64,000 nucleotides of DNA from Draconibacterium sp. (GTDB taxonomy: Bacteria > Bacteroidota > Bacteroidia > Bacteroidales > Prolixibacteraceae), in contig JBBIPU010000001.1 in assembly GCA_037442685.1 (NCBI GenBank), positions 25,626-89,625 on the forward strand. The letters are read 5' to 3'. The position numbers and the translations under genes were made by a program. The notes below the pieces were generated by a model that searched no databases, was not told the DNA's origin, and worked only from the letters and a program-made list of their open reading frames with translations. Positions 38,651 through 48,342 of this stretch are shown here, in pieces (the first letter of the stretch is position 1; each line of letters begins with the position of its first letter).

Positions 38651-39235
38651 TTAACAGCCGCAACCACAACCACCGTGAGAATGTTCGGTGCTGCATGAAT
38701 CATCATCACAGCCACATCCGCCACTTCCGCAACCGCATCCACCCTGATTTCCATATAATACCTGTGACACTTCATCATCTGAAGCTTCGCGTACGGCAAC
38801 TACCTTTCCGGCAAAATACAAATCTTCTCCGGCAAGAGGATGGTTAAAATCCATAGTTACCACATCTTCGTCCACTTCGAGCACCATTCCGTTTAAACGC
38901 TGACCATTGCTGCTCATCATCGGAACTGTATTCCCTACTTTAATTAATTCATCGTCGAATTTCCCACCAACAAGAAAAACATGCTTTGGCAATTCTACAA
39001 CCGCATCATCGTTTACATCACCATACGCCTCTTTACTGCTTAATTTTATAGTAAAAGGTTCACCTTCGCGCAATCCCGCCAGTTGCGACTCGAATTTTGG
39101 CAACATGGTTCCCGCTCCGTATAAAAACTGTAAAGGCTGAGTTTCTGTTGCCTGCTCAATTACTTCCCCATTCTCGTCGTCGATACGTAAATCATACGTC
39201 AACGTAACCATAGCATATTTTCCAATTTCAAGCAT
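38651..39235 (-). CDS. slyD: FKBP-type peptidyl-prolyl isomerase, SlyD-like, with Cys/Gly-rich C-terminal tail
   Basis: 194 aa with an FKBP core and IF-domain layout (VTLTYDLR...LQFLYGAG..LPKFESQLAGL...MDFNHPLAGEDLYF). The tail is GGCGCGSGGCGCDDDSCSTEHSHGGCGCGC. Confidence 0.8.
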   Translation of the reverse strand: MLEIGKYAMVTLTYDLRIDDENGEVIEQATETQPLQFLYGAGTMLPKFESQLAGLREGEPFTIKLSSKEAYGDVNDDAVVELPKHVFLVGGKFDDELIKVGNTVPMMSSNGQRLNGMVLEVDEDVVTMDFNHPLAGEDLYFAGKVVAVREASDDEVSQVLYGNQGGCGCGSGGCGCDDDSCSTEHSHGGCGCGC

Positions 39236-39540
39236 ATTGATAATAATTTATTTTTTCAGATATCGTGCAAAATAAGTCATTTTACAGGATACAACAAAAT
39301 ACCTGATTGTCTTATTTTAGATATATTAACAAAAAATCACATAAAATAGTTGAATCACAATCTGTAAAATAATCCGGTGGTTTTTTAATCTTACTTCTAC
39401 CATTAAGATTAATAGTGTTTAAATAATTAAATTACAGATAATTATTAAGTATTTTTAATTGAAATAACCCTCTTTGTAAATTGAGATATCAGGATTAAAT
39501 TTCAGTTTTCTCCGCAAGAAAGAATGAACTCAACCTGCAA

Positions 39541-40356
39541 TTATTTATTAACGTAAATTTTTTCAGGACGTTTTAATGCCCTGATAATTAAGTACAAACC
39601 ACCCAACACAAAGGGAATGCTCAACCATTGTCCCATGTTTAAAACCATTCCGGCTTCGAATGCTTCCTGATCTTCTTTAATAAATTCGATAAGAAAACGC
39701 GATCCGAAAATAAGAATCAGAAATAATCCGAAAATAAAACCTTCGCGGTTTTTTACTTTGGTTTTCCAGAATAAATAGGTTAAAATGACAAAAGTCAGAA
39801 GATAAGTTAACGCTTCATACAACTGTGTCGGGTGTTTGGCCACAGTTTCTCCGTTACGTTCGAAAATTAATCCCCAGGGTAACGAAGTCTGCACGCCATA
39901 AATTTCAGAATTCATCAGGTTTCCGGTGCGGATAAAAGCTGCCACCAGCGCCGTTGGTACAACAATGCGGTCGAGTATCCAGAATACAGATCGCTTTGAA
40001 ACCAGTTTTGAATAAATAATAAGCGCAATAAAAATCCCGATTGTTCCACCGTGACTCGACAATCCTCCATGCCAAACTTTAATGATTTCACCCGGATTTT
40101 GCGAGTAATAATCCCAGCCGTAAAACAGAACATGGCCAAGGCGCGCACCGATAATCGTGGCGATGATGATATAAAAGAAAACGCTGTCGATCCATTTCTG
40201 ACTGACATTTTCCGATTTCAGCATTTTTTCCCCGATGTAATATCCAATCAAGAATCCCGATGCAAACAGCAACCCGTACCAACGAACTGAAAAAGGGCCA
40301 AGTTTAAATATCTCAGGATCGACATTCCAATGTATAAAACTGATTAAATCAATCAT
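39541..40356 (-). CDS. lgt: Prolipoprotein diacylglyceryl transferase
   Basis: 271 aa; FSVRWYGLLFASGFLIGY...GARLGHVLFY...HGGTIG...HPTQLYEAL. Confidence 0.94.
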   Translation of the reverse strand: MIDLISFIHWNVDPEIFKLGPFSVRWYGLLFASGFLIGYYIGEKMLKSENVSQKWIDSVFFYIIIATIIGARLGHVLFYGWDYYSQNPGEIIKVWHGGLSSHGGTIGIFIALIIYSKLVSKRSVFWILDRIVVPTALVAAFIRTGNLMNSEIYGVQTSLPWGLIFERNGETVAKHPTQLYEALTYLLTFVILTYLFWKTKVKNREGFIFGLFLILIFGSRFLIEFIKEDQEAFEAGMVLNMGQWLSIPFVLGGLYLIIRALKRPEKIYVNK

Positions 40357-40405
40357 TTAACGTTGTTTTTATCTTTTCTTACTTTTTTAATTCCGAACTC
40401 AGATT

Positions 40406-43400
40406 TTATTCGAGGCCCCGGCCATGACATTGTTTGTATTTTTTCCCGCTTCCGCATGGACATGGATCGTTTCTGCCTACATGTTTTTCCACAACCACAG
40501 GCTGAGGTTTCGAACGTTCCTGCGTCTGGGTGTTTGCTCCGGCCATCGGATTATCAGCACCCGAAGCATCCGATTTTTGTGTCTTAAACCTGCTCAGGTC
40601 CAGTTTTTTACGTGCTTCGGCTTCCCGAACCTGATCGGCACTTTGAATTGGTATGTAGCCTTTCATCAAAGTTGAAACCACATCTTTATTCACTTTTCCA
40701 ACCATTTGTTTAAACAGGTTAAACGATTCGAACTTATAAATAAGTAACGGGTCCTTTTGCTCGTAGGTGGCATTTTGAACCGATTGTTTAAGATCATCCA
40801 TCTCGCGCAACTCCTCTTTCCACGCTTCGTCGATGGTCCTTAAAACAATCTGCTTCTGGTACGATTTTACCAGTTCTTTGCCTTTATTTTTATATGCTTT
40901 TTCGAGGTTACAAATAATCTGGTAAACTCTTTTCCCATCCGAAATCGGCACTACTATATTAGTGTACATCGACCCCCTGTTTTCAAAAACATTTTTAATC
41001 ACCGGATATGCCTGTTTCGAAATAGCTTCCACTTTACGGTTATAAGCCGAAATCATTTTTTCAAAAACAGTATCTGTAATCTCTTCGGCTTTCATTTGTT
41101 TGAATTCATCAGAATTTACGGGCGATTCAAGCGAGAGCAACCTCAACAGTTCCATATTGAAATCCTCAAAATTATCCGTTCCGTAATATTCGGTTACCAA
41201 AGCTTCAACCGAATCGTACATCATATTGAGCAGGTCAACTTCCAGACGTTCTCCAAACAACGCATGACGCCGCTTTTTGTAAATAACCTCACGCTGAGAG
41301 TTCATAACGTCGTCGTATTCCAAAAGCCGCTTGCGGATTCCGAAGTTGTTTTCTTCCACTTTTTTCTGTGCCCTTTCGATGGATTTGGAAATCATGGAAT
41401 GCTGAATTACCTCGCCCTCTTTTAGACCCAGTTTATCCATTATTCCTGAAATTCTTCCCGAGCCAAACAAACGCATCAAATCGTCTTCGAGTGATACATA
41501 AAACTGCGATGTTCCCGGGTCTCCCTGTCGTCCGGAACGCCCGCGCAACTGGCGGTCAACACGGCGCGAATCATGACGTTCGGTCCCGATAATTGCCAGT
41601 CCACCTGCCTTTTTCACAGCTTCCGAAAGTTTTATGTCGGTGCCCCTTCCAGCCATGTTTGTTGCAATGGTAACAGTTCCCGATTGTCCGGCTTCGGCGA
41701 CAATTTCTGCTTCGCGGGCGTGTAATTTGGCGTTTAAAACATTGTGTTTTATTCCTTTTATTTTAAGCATTCTGCTTAAAAGTTCCGAAATTTCAACCGA
41801 AGTTGTGCCAACCAGAACAGGACGACCGGCTTCGTGAAGACTCTGGATTTCGTCGATTACAGCATTGTATTTTTCACGTTTGGTTTTATATACCAGGTCT
41901 TCCTTGTCTTTTCTGATCACCGACCGGTTGGTCGGTATTACCACAACTTCGAGTTTGTAAATATTCCAGAATTCTCCTGCTTCCGTTTCTGCAGTACCAG
42001 TCATTCCTGCAAGTTTATGGTACATCCTGAAATAGTTCTGCAAAGTGATGGTAGCAAAGGTTTGCGTAGCTGCCTCTACTTTTACATTTTCCTTTGCTTC
42101 AATTGCCTGGTGAAGCCCGTCGGAGTACCTGCGGCCTTCCATAATTCGACCAGTTTGTTCGTCAACAATCTTTATTTTATTGTCGATGATTACATATTCC
42201 ACGTCCTTTTCGAACATGGTATATGCTTTTAACAACTGGTTTATTGTATGAACACGTTCCGATTTTACAGCGTAATCCTGCAAAAGCCTGTCTTTTTCCT
42301 CTAATTTTTTCTCGTGATCGAGACCGGAATTTTCAATGTCTGCCATTTTAGCACCCATATCGGGTAAAACAAAGAAATCAGGATCAGAAAGTCCCTGTGA
42401 AATATATTCGATTCCTTTATCGGTCAGTTCTACTGAATTCTGTTTTTCTTCGATGATGAAATACAGTGGATCGGTAACGATGTGCATGTTTTTATTGTTC
42501 TCCTGCATGTAGAAATTCTCGGTTTTCAGCATCACATCTTTCATCCCGACCTCGCTCAGGAATTTGATAATCGATTTGTTTTTGGGCAAACCCTTGTATG
42601 ACCTGAGCAACATCAAACCACCTTCCTTTTTTTCATCAGAAGTCGCATCCTCTTTTGTCAGAAGTCTTTTTGCATCAATAAATACCTGGTTAACAAAATC
42701 ACGCTGAGCCCTGTAAATTTTTTCAACGTACCCTTTGAGCTCAGCAAATTGCTGATCTTCTCCTTTCGGCACGGGTCCCGAAATAATCAAAGGAGTACGG
42801 GCATCATCAATGAGTACGGAGTCAACCTCATCAACAATTGCATAATGATGCTTGCGCTGAACGAGATCTTCGGGATTAATTGCCATATTATCACGAAGAT
42901 AGTCGAATCCAAATTCGTTGTTGGTGCCAAAAGTAACGTCGGCATTGTAAGCTTTTCTGCGGGCTTCGGAGTTGGGTTGATGTTTATCGATACAATCGAC
43001 AGTCAATCCGTGGAATTCGTAAAGTGGGCCCATCCATTCTGCATCGCGTTTCGAGAGGTAATCGTTTACCGTTACCACGTGAACGCCTCGCCGTGTCATC
43101 GCATTTAAAAATACAGGCAAAGTTGCCACCAGGGTTTTTCCTTCGCCTGTTGCCATTTCGGCAATATTTCCCTTGTGTAAAACAATTCCTCCGATTAACT
43201 GGACATCGTAATGCACCATGTTCCAGACAATTTCATTACCTCCTGCAATCCACCGGTTTTTCCAGACAGCTTTTCCCCCGTCAATTAATATACTGTTGCG
43301 TGTCGCTGCGAGATCACGGTCGTAATCGCGTGCGGTTACCACAACATTTTCCGACTCAACAAAACGCCGGGCTGTATCTTTTATGATTGCAAACGCAACA

Positions 43401-43726
43401 GGAAGAACTTCGTTTAAAATCTGTTCAAGTTTTTCATCGATCTGTTTTTCAAGTTTGTCAATCTTTTCGTAAATCTTTTCACTTGCCTGTATATCAGCGT
43501 CCTCAACCTCAATTTTCAATTGAGCAATTTCATCTTCTTCGGGTTTAATACGTTCATCGATTATCCGTTTAATTTTATCCGATTCTTCTCTTAATCCGTC
43601 ATTCGATAATTTTGTAATCCGGTTGTATTCCTCTTTTATTTTTTCTATTACCGGGGTAACTTCTTTAATATCTCTTTCCGATTTATTGCCGAAAATCTTT
43701 CCTAACAGTACATTTATAATTGCCAT
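40406..43726 (-). CDS. secA: Preprotein translocase ATPase SecA
   Basis: 1106 aa with Walker [15 protein letters not shown], the DEAD-like motif [21 protein letters not shown] and the C-terminal zinc motif [14 protein letters not shown]. Confidence 0.97.
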   Translation of the reverse strand: MAIINVLLGKIFGNKSERDIKEVTPVIEKIKEEYNRITKLSNDGLREESDKIKRIIDERIKPEEDEIAQLKIEVEDADIQASEKIYEKIDKLEKQIDEKLEQILNEVLPVAFAIIKDTARRFVESENVVVTARDYDRDLAATRNSILIDGGKAVWKNRWIAGGNEIVWNMVHYDVQLIGGIVLHKGNIAEMATGEGKTLVATLPVFLNAMTRRGVHVVTVNDYLSKRDAEWMGPLYEFHGLTVDCIDKHQPNSEARRKAYNADVTFGTNNEFGFDYLRDNMAINPEDLVQRKHHYAIVDEVDSVLIDDARTPLIISGPVPKGEDQQFAELKGYVEKIYRAQRDFVNQVFIDAKRLLTKEDATSDEKKEGGLMLLRSYKGLPKNKSIIKFLSEVGMKDVMLKTENFYMQENNKNMHIVTDPLYFIIEEKQNSVELTDKGIEYISQGLSDPDFFVLPDMGAKMADIENSGLDHEKKLEEKDRLLQDYAVKSERVHTINQLLKAYTMFEKDVEYVIIDNKIKIVDEQTGRIMEGRRYSDGLHQAIEAKENVKVEAATQTFATITLQNYFRMYHKLAGMTGTAETEAGEFWNIYKLEVVVIPTNRSVIRKDKEDLVYKTKREKYNAVIDEIQSLHEAGRPVLVGTTSVEISELLSRMLKIKGIKHNVLNAKLHAREAEIVAEAGQSGTVTIATNMAGRGTDIKLSEAVKKAGGLAIIGTERHDSRRVDRQLRGRSGRQGDPGTSQFYVSLEDDLMRLFGSGRISGIMDKLGLKEGEVIQHSMISKSIERAQKKVEENNFGIRKRLLEYDDVMNSQREVIYKKRRHALFGERLEVDLLNMMYDSVEALVTEYYGTDNFEDFNMELLRLLSLESPVNSDEFKQMKAEEITDTVFEKMISAYNRKVEAISKQAYPVIKNVFENRGSMYTNIVVPISDGKRVYQIICNLEKAYKNKGKELVKSYQKQIVLRTIDEAWKEELREMDDLKQSVQNATYEQKDPLLIYKFESFNLFKQMVGKVNKDVVSTLMKGYIPIQSADQVREAEARKKLDLSRFKTQKSDASGADNPMAGANTQTQERSKPQPVVVEKHVGRNDPCPCGSGKKYKQCHGRGLE

Positions 43727-43760
43727 TTTACAAATTGTTTTCAGTTAAATAAAAACTGCG

Positions 43761-43768
43761 CAAAGGTA
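43761..43768 (-). promoter_or_regulatory. Candidate -7 box TACCTTTG upstream of secA
   Basis: The reverse complement of caaaggta is TACCTTTG, 35 nt upstream of the secA ATG. Confidence 0.4.
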
Positions 43769-44294
43769 ATGATTTGTGCGCTAAAAAAACAGACAGTTCT
43801 TTTTTGTGTTCCCGCTGCTGTTTAAATATCAACGGTGCTGAAAAATCAGAAACCTGTCCGAAATTACTTCCCTTTGTCTTTATTGATCAGTCACTGCCTA
43901 ATAATCGTGCCAAACCGGTATTTTCCAAAATAAACGTCAATTTTTCCATTTCTTATGACAAATTATCTGACAATCTAAAATTTAATATTCATTATTCAAC
44001 CTATACTACAACGATTTCGATTAAAGATAGTCAGGCTGAAAATCAGTAAATTAAATTTTGAATTGATTCCGGTTAAAACTTAATCACTATTTATACTTTT
44101 CAGTAAGTAAAACCATTGATAAATTTCACCGGAGATTTGATTTTGAAATTCGACAAATTCGATTATTTTTGAAGTAATCGCAGTAACAATATGAAGTGTT
44201 TTTTTTACAATAAAAGTTGACTAAACAAAAATAAAATACCATATTTGTTATTCTAAATAAACTATTTTTAAATATTAATTAAACATTAGAAACT

Positions 44295-47200
44295 ATGAGA
44301 TTGAAACTTCTACTTTTAATTTCTTTGTTATCCGCGGGCATTCTGAATGCTCAGGATACAATCAGAAGCCTTGTAATAACTGAGGCAAGGATGAGTGCTC
44401 AACCTGACAATTACATTGAGCTTACGAACATGGGTGATAAACCTGTAAATCTGAAAGATTTCAAATTAGGTACTATCAGACCATGGGCACCTGCGATTCT
44501 TAATGTTTTTACTGATCCATGGATACCGGAAGGAACAAACAGGTACATGATGTTACCTGATTTTGTTCTCGAACCTGGAAAAAGTTTTGTGGTTGCCTGT
44601 CTCGACGATTTCTGGCCGGAACAGTATGCTAAAAAAACTCCCGGATTTGAAAGTGGGCAGCGTACAATTCAGGATGCGCAAATGCTCCAGATCGCCGATA
44701 TTGTGATATACAGACCTGAGTCGAAAGGCGATGCGACCGACAGTATCACAAGAAATGCCAACGGCGTGGATATTTCGTGGATGTTCGAAAACTGGAACGG
44801 GCGCGAATGTATGTACATTGAACAACACTTATCCGATGTTGACTCGGTTGTTATTGATCAGGTTAGTGGTGTTTTTGACAATGCCGGACGTAACTTTGAT
44901 ACCGGTATGTATGATGTTGCCGGCGTTACCGGTGCTACAGGGAACTCGGTACTTGTGCGTAAATTCAAAGTTAACCAGGGTAACCTCGATTTTGCTAATG
45001 CACGTGGTGTCGGAGCCGACGACTCTGAATGGATCCCATTAAAATGGCCTAGTTACGGAAGCCTTGGAGGCTGGGGCAACTCGCGCGATTTATGGTGGAC
45101 GATTGGCAACCATGGAAATTACAAACTTGATGAAAATACGCTTGAATCGACTGTTGCCGATGTTGATTTTGCAAATAAAACCATCACAGTACCATGGGGA
45201 ACTCGCAGGGGAGACGGTGTAATGCACCTGATGAAAAAGAAACCTGGTATTGCCTGGAACTATGAATTAAATCCGAATTTTGAAGACTCGTTAACATTTG
45301 CAGCCCGCACAGGCGACAAAATGGAGGTGATTGTATGCGGAGATGAAGGGTACAAAGCAACTTTTGATATTGTAGTTGCACCGCCAGCTACAAATGCAAA
45401 TGTTGTTGTTCCGGTTACAACATATAATTATCCTTCAACTGCCCTTCAGTATTGGAGAGCTGCAATCCAGGCAGGACCAATGAATATGGGTTGGCCAAGA
45501 GTTACAGAACATACTTCGGGTCCGGATACTATTACAGGAACATGGTATGGTCTGCCTTATGCTACCAGTATTGATACATTACTTGCCCGACTGGAAAAAG
45601 CTCCGAATGCTTCATGGGAAATTGTTCCGAAAGACGGTGTTGCCAAACCGCAAGTTGAGAATGGAGATAAACTGAAAGTGACTTCGCAGAACGGTACAGT
45701 TAAAGAATACTATTTAGAAGTTCAACCTTTAATGCCAAACCATGTTGCTACTTTATCATCGATTACATGGCCCGATATTCCTCCGCAATACAGTGGTTTA
45801 TTTGGCTGGGTTGGCGATACAATTCCGGGATTCAATCCGACAACTTTGAATTATCGTGTTGTTGTACCGATTGATGTGGATGGAATACCGGCGCTTGTTG
45901 CCAAAACGACAAATCTGAATGCAAAAGTCCAGGTTATCCGTGCTTCATCTTTATATGGTACTACTGAACAAAGGACTATTTCATTTGTGGTAACTGCCGA
46001 AGATGACAGCGTTACTAACACTTATAATATTGAACTGATAAAGGAAAAGAATCCGGCTAATATTCAGCCATTTTATGCTGATCCGTTCCTTTCAGAATAT
46101 ACTTTCTGGGATCAGTGGTCAAATACCTTTGCAGAAATCTGCAATCCGGGAAATCAGCCACTCGATTTAAGCAATTATATGATCGCAAGCGAAGATTATA
46201 TTTACAATGCCGCAGGAATTATCCAGGCATCTTCAGGTGCTGACAACTGGGCATCAAGATATCAGAAATATGTTCCCGGATACAAATGGGTAGGTGAAGC
46301 TCAATGGGCTGTTACACCCGGAATCCTTGAACAGGATCTGAATGTCAACGCGATTGTTATGCCTGGTGATGTATTTTGTTTGGGCGATATTTATACCATT
46401 GGTCAGACAAAACCTTCTTGGTTGCCAAAGTATGTATGGCCTGTTCCGGCACAACTTGATATTCAGTTCCACAACCTGGATGATCAGATTAAAAATCCGT
46501 GGGGCGAAGAGGTAAATGACTGGGAAGGCAGTCCGATCAGAAAATGGTCAAACGGTCAGGTTTATTTATTTAAAATCCTGAACGATTCGATTAAACAAGG
46601 ATTGAAACCGGCAAACGATCCCAATGATTTTGAACTGATCGAAGTTTGGGGTATGGGTGAAAGCAGAGATTGGGTTGTAGGTGGAAAAACTGCCCAGATG
46701 CTTACCACTTGGGTAAGAAAACCCCAAATTTACAAAGGTAATACTGTTCCAAAAGGTTCATTCGGAACAAATGAAGACGACAGTGAATGGTTGCGTTATG
46801 ATCAGCCTTACTGGCAGGCCCGTAATGCAGGTTGGCCGATGGAAATACTTAATATTACCAACGACCTTGGCCAACATTTTATGAATACACCAACTCATTA
46901 TATGTCAACCGTTTCTTCTACAGTTTACAAAGTAAGTGAAGGTTATTCGATGAATGAAAAAATTATAGGTACCAAAACAGGAACAACTGTTACCGGGTTC
47001 CTGGCCAATATTACCAAAGCCAATGATAATCAGACATTAACCATGAAGAGGGGTGATGCGGTTTTAGGTGCAGGCGATGTGTTGCTTGACAATGATAAAC
47101 TGGAAGTGATGTCAGCCGACAGCACTAATACCTCAATGTACGCACTCACTGTTACCGACGAAGGTTTAAGTTCGAATGCAGTTCTCACTTCTACTAAATA

Positions 47201-48272
47201 TGATGTTACAGTTGAACAGCAACCTAAAAGCGCTACAAGTGTCAATACAGCAGGTACAGGCAAGGTTGAGGGATTTGATTATGGTACATCGTTGAAAACA
47301 ATCCTGAACAACATCACTGTTCCTCCGGGTGCCTCTCTTACAGTAATCGATGCACAAGGTGCTTATGTTCCGCTCCAAACGCTCAACTTCGATACAGCTT
47401 ATGTGCCTGCTACGGTGAATGCCAACATTTATCTCGATGTGGTTGCCGAAAATGGTATTACTGAAATAGTTTACCAGTTGGTACCTGCAACAACTGAAAC
47501 CGATGCATTTATCCTTTCTGACATTTATAATGTAAAACAGAGAGAAACCTTAATCGAATTTGTACCACGCGGAACATCGGTAAGCACATTATTGTCGAAC
47601 CTGGTTGCTTCTGCCGGCGCTACAATGAAAGTTGTAAATAAAATGGGTCAGCAAAGACTGGATGGCGGCGTGGCCGACGATGACAAAGTGGTTGTAACAT
47701 CGCCCAACGGACAGGTTTCGAGGGCATATTACATCTCGAAGCTTTCAAGCGAAGCTACACCTGAAACTCTTTACCTTGCTTACATTTTATCTGCACTTTA
47801 TAAAGTTGACCAGGTATCATACGTTGTCGATGGAGTATCGGGAACAGAACCAGTTGCAAACTTCCTGGCAAAAGTTACACCAGCAACAGGAGCAACTGCA
47901 GTTGTTGTTGATAAAAACGGAAACGTGAAATCGACCGGCGATATCGACAATACTGATAAGGTTAAAGTTACTTCGGCCGATGGTAAGATTGTGGTAATGT
48001 ACACATTCGGACAACTTACCTCAGCAGGAGCAGTCAATGCCGACAATATCGAACTCTATCCGAATCCTACAAACGCTGTTCTTAATGTCAGCGGCTTGAA
48101 AGCCGGATATCGCATTGTGGTTTACAACTCTGTGGGTGCGGCTATCCGCGAAATCAATGTTCAGAACAGCATTGAAAGAATTTCGCTGAATAACCAGCCT
48201 GCAGGTATGTACATGATCGTTGTGAGCGACAATAACAAAATGTTAGGTCGCTACAAAGCGCTGAAACAATAA
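44295..48272 (+). CDS. Large secreted lamin-tail-domain (LTD) repeat protein with T9SS type-A C-terminal sorting domain; no recognisable catalytic module
   Basis: 1325 aa with a signal peptide. There are two LTD-like segments (YIELTNMGDKPVNLKDFKL and FAEICNPGNQPLDLSNYMI), a duplicated DDSEW motif, and repeated xDKxxVTSxxGxxxxY modules. The CTD is ELYPNPTNAVLNVSGL...AGMYMIVV. Confidence 0.75.
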   Translation: MRLKLLLLISLLSAGILNAQDTIRSLVITEARMSAQPDNYIELTNMGDKPVNLKDFKLGTIRPWAPAILNVFTDPWIPEGTNRYMMLPDFVLEPGKSFVVACLDDFWPEQYAKKTPGFESGQRTIQDAQMLQIADIVIYRPESKGDATDSITRNANGVDISWMFENWNGRECMYIEQHLSDVDSVVIDQVSGVFDNAGRNFDTGMYDVAGVTGATGNSVLVRKFKVNQGNLDFANARGVGADDSEWIPLKWPSYGSLGGWGNSRDLWWTIGNHGNYKLDENTLESTVADVDFANKTITVPWGTRRGDGVMHLMKKKPGIAWNYELNPNFEDSLTFAARTGDKMEVIVCGDEGYKATFDIVVAPPATNANVVVPVTTYNYPSTALQYWRAAIQAGPMNMGWPRVTEHTSGPDTITGTWYGLPYATSIDTLLARLEKAPNASWEIVPKDGVAKPQVENGDKLKVTSQNGTVKEYYLEVQPLMPNHVATLSSITWPDIPPQYSGLFGWVGDTIPGFNPTTLNYRVVVPIDVDGIPALVAKTTNLNAKVQVIRASSLYGTTEQRTISFVVTAEDDSVTNTYNIELIKEKNPANIQPFYADPFLSEYTFWDQWSNTFAEICNPGNQPLDLSNYMIASEDYIYNAAGIIQASSGADNWASRYQKYVPGYKWVGEAQWAVTPGILEQDLNVNAIVMPGDVFCLGDIYTIGQTKPSWLPKYVWPVPAQLDIQFHNLDDQIKNPWGEEVNDWEGSPIRKWSNGQVYLFKILNDSIKQGLKPANDPNDFELIEVWGMGESRDWVVGGKTAQMLTTWVRKPQIYKGNTVPKGSFGTNEDDSEWLRYDQPYWQARNAGWPMEILNITNDLGQHFMNTPTHYMSTVSSTVYKVSEGYSMNEKIIGTKTGTTVTGFLANITKANDNQTLTMKRGDAVLGAGDVLLDNDKLEVMSADSTNTSMYALTVTDEGLSSNAVLTSTKYDVTVEQQPKSATSVNTAGTGKVEGFDYGTSLKTILNNITVPPGASLTVIDAQGAYVPLQTLNFDTAYVPATVNANIYLDVVAENGITEIVYQLVPATTETDAFILSDIYNVKQRETLIEFVPRGTSVSTLLSNLVASAGATMKVVNKMGQQRLDGGVADDDKVVVTSPNGQVSRAYYISKLSSEATPETLYLAYILSALYKVDQVSYVVDGVSGTEPVANFLAKVTPATGATAVVVDKNGNVKSTGDIDNTDKVKVTSADGKIVVMYTFGQLTSAGAVNADNIELYPNPTNAVLNVSGLKAGYRIVVYNSVGAAIREINVQNSIERISLNNQPAGMYMIVVSDNNKMLGRYKALKQ

Positions 48273-48294
48273 TTTGTTGAAATAGAATTTAAGA

Positions 48295-48325
48295 GGCGGG
48301 TAATTTTGCAATTATCCGCCTTTTT
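48295..48325 (+). terminator. Rho-independent terminator after the LTD gene
   Basis: 11-bp stem GGCGGGTAATT/AATTATCCGCC (one G-U pair), a TTGC loop, then TTTTT. Confidence 0.7.
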
Positions 48326-48342
48326 CATTCACAAGTGTTCTG

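Noticed and set aside
43774-44049. 91-aa plus-strand ORF in the secA/LTD intergenic region.
   Set aside because: It starts at a non-ATG codon and its sequence is Cys/Ser/Asn-rich and non-protein-like. It lies in the AT-rich divergent promoter region, so it is more likely non-coding.
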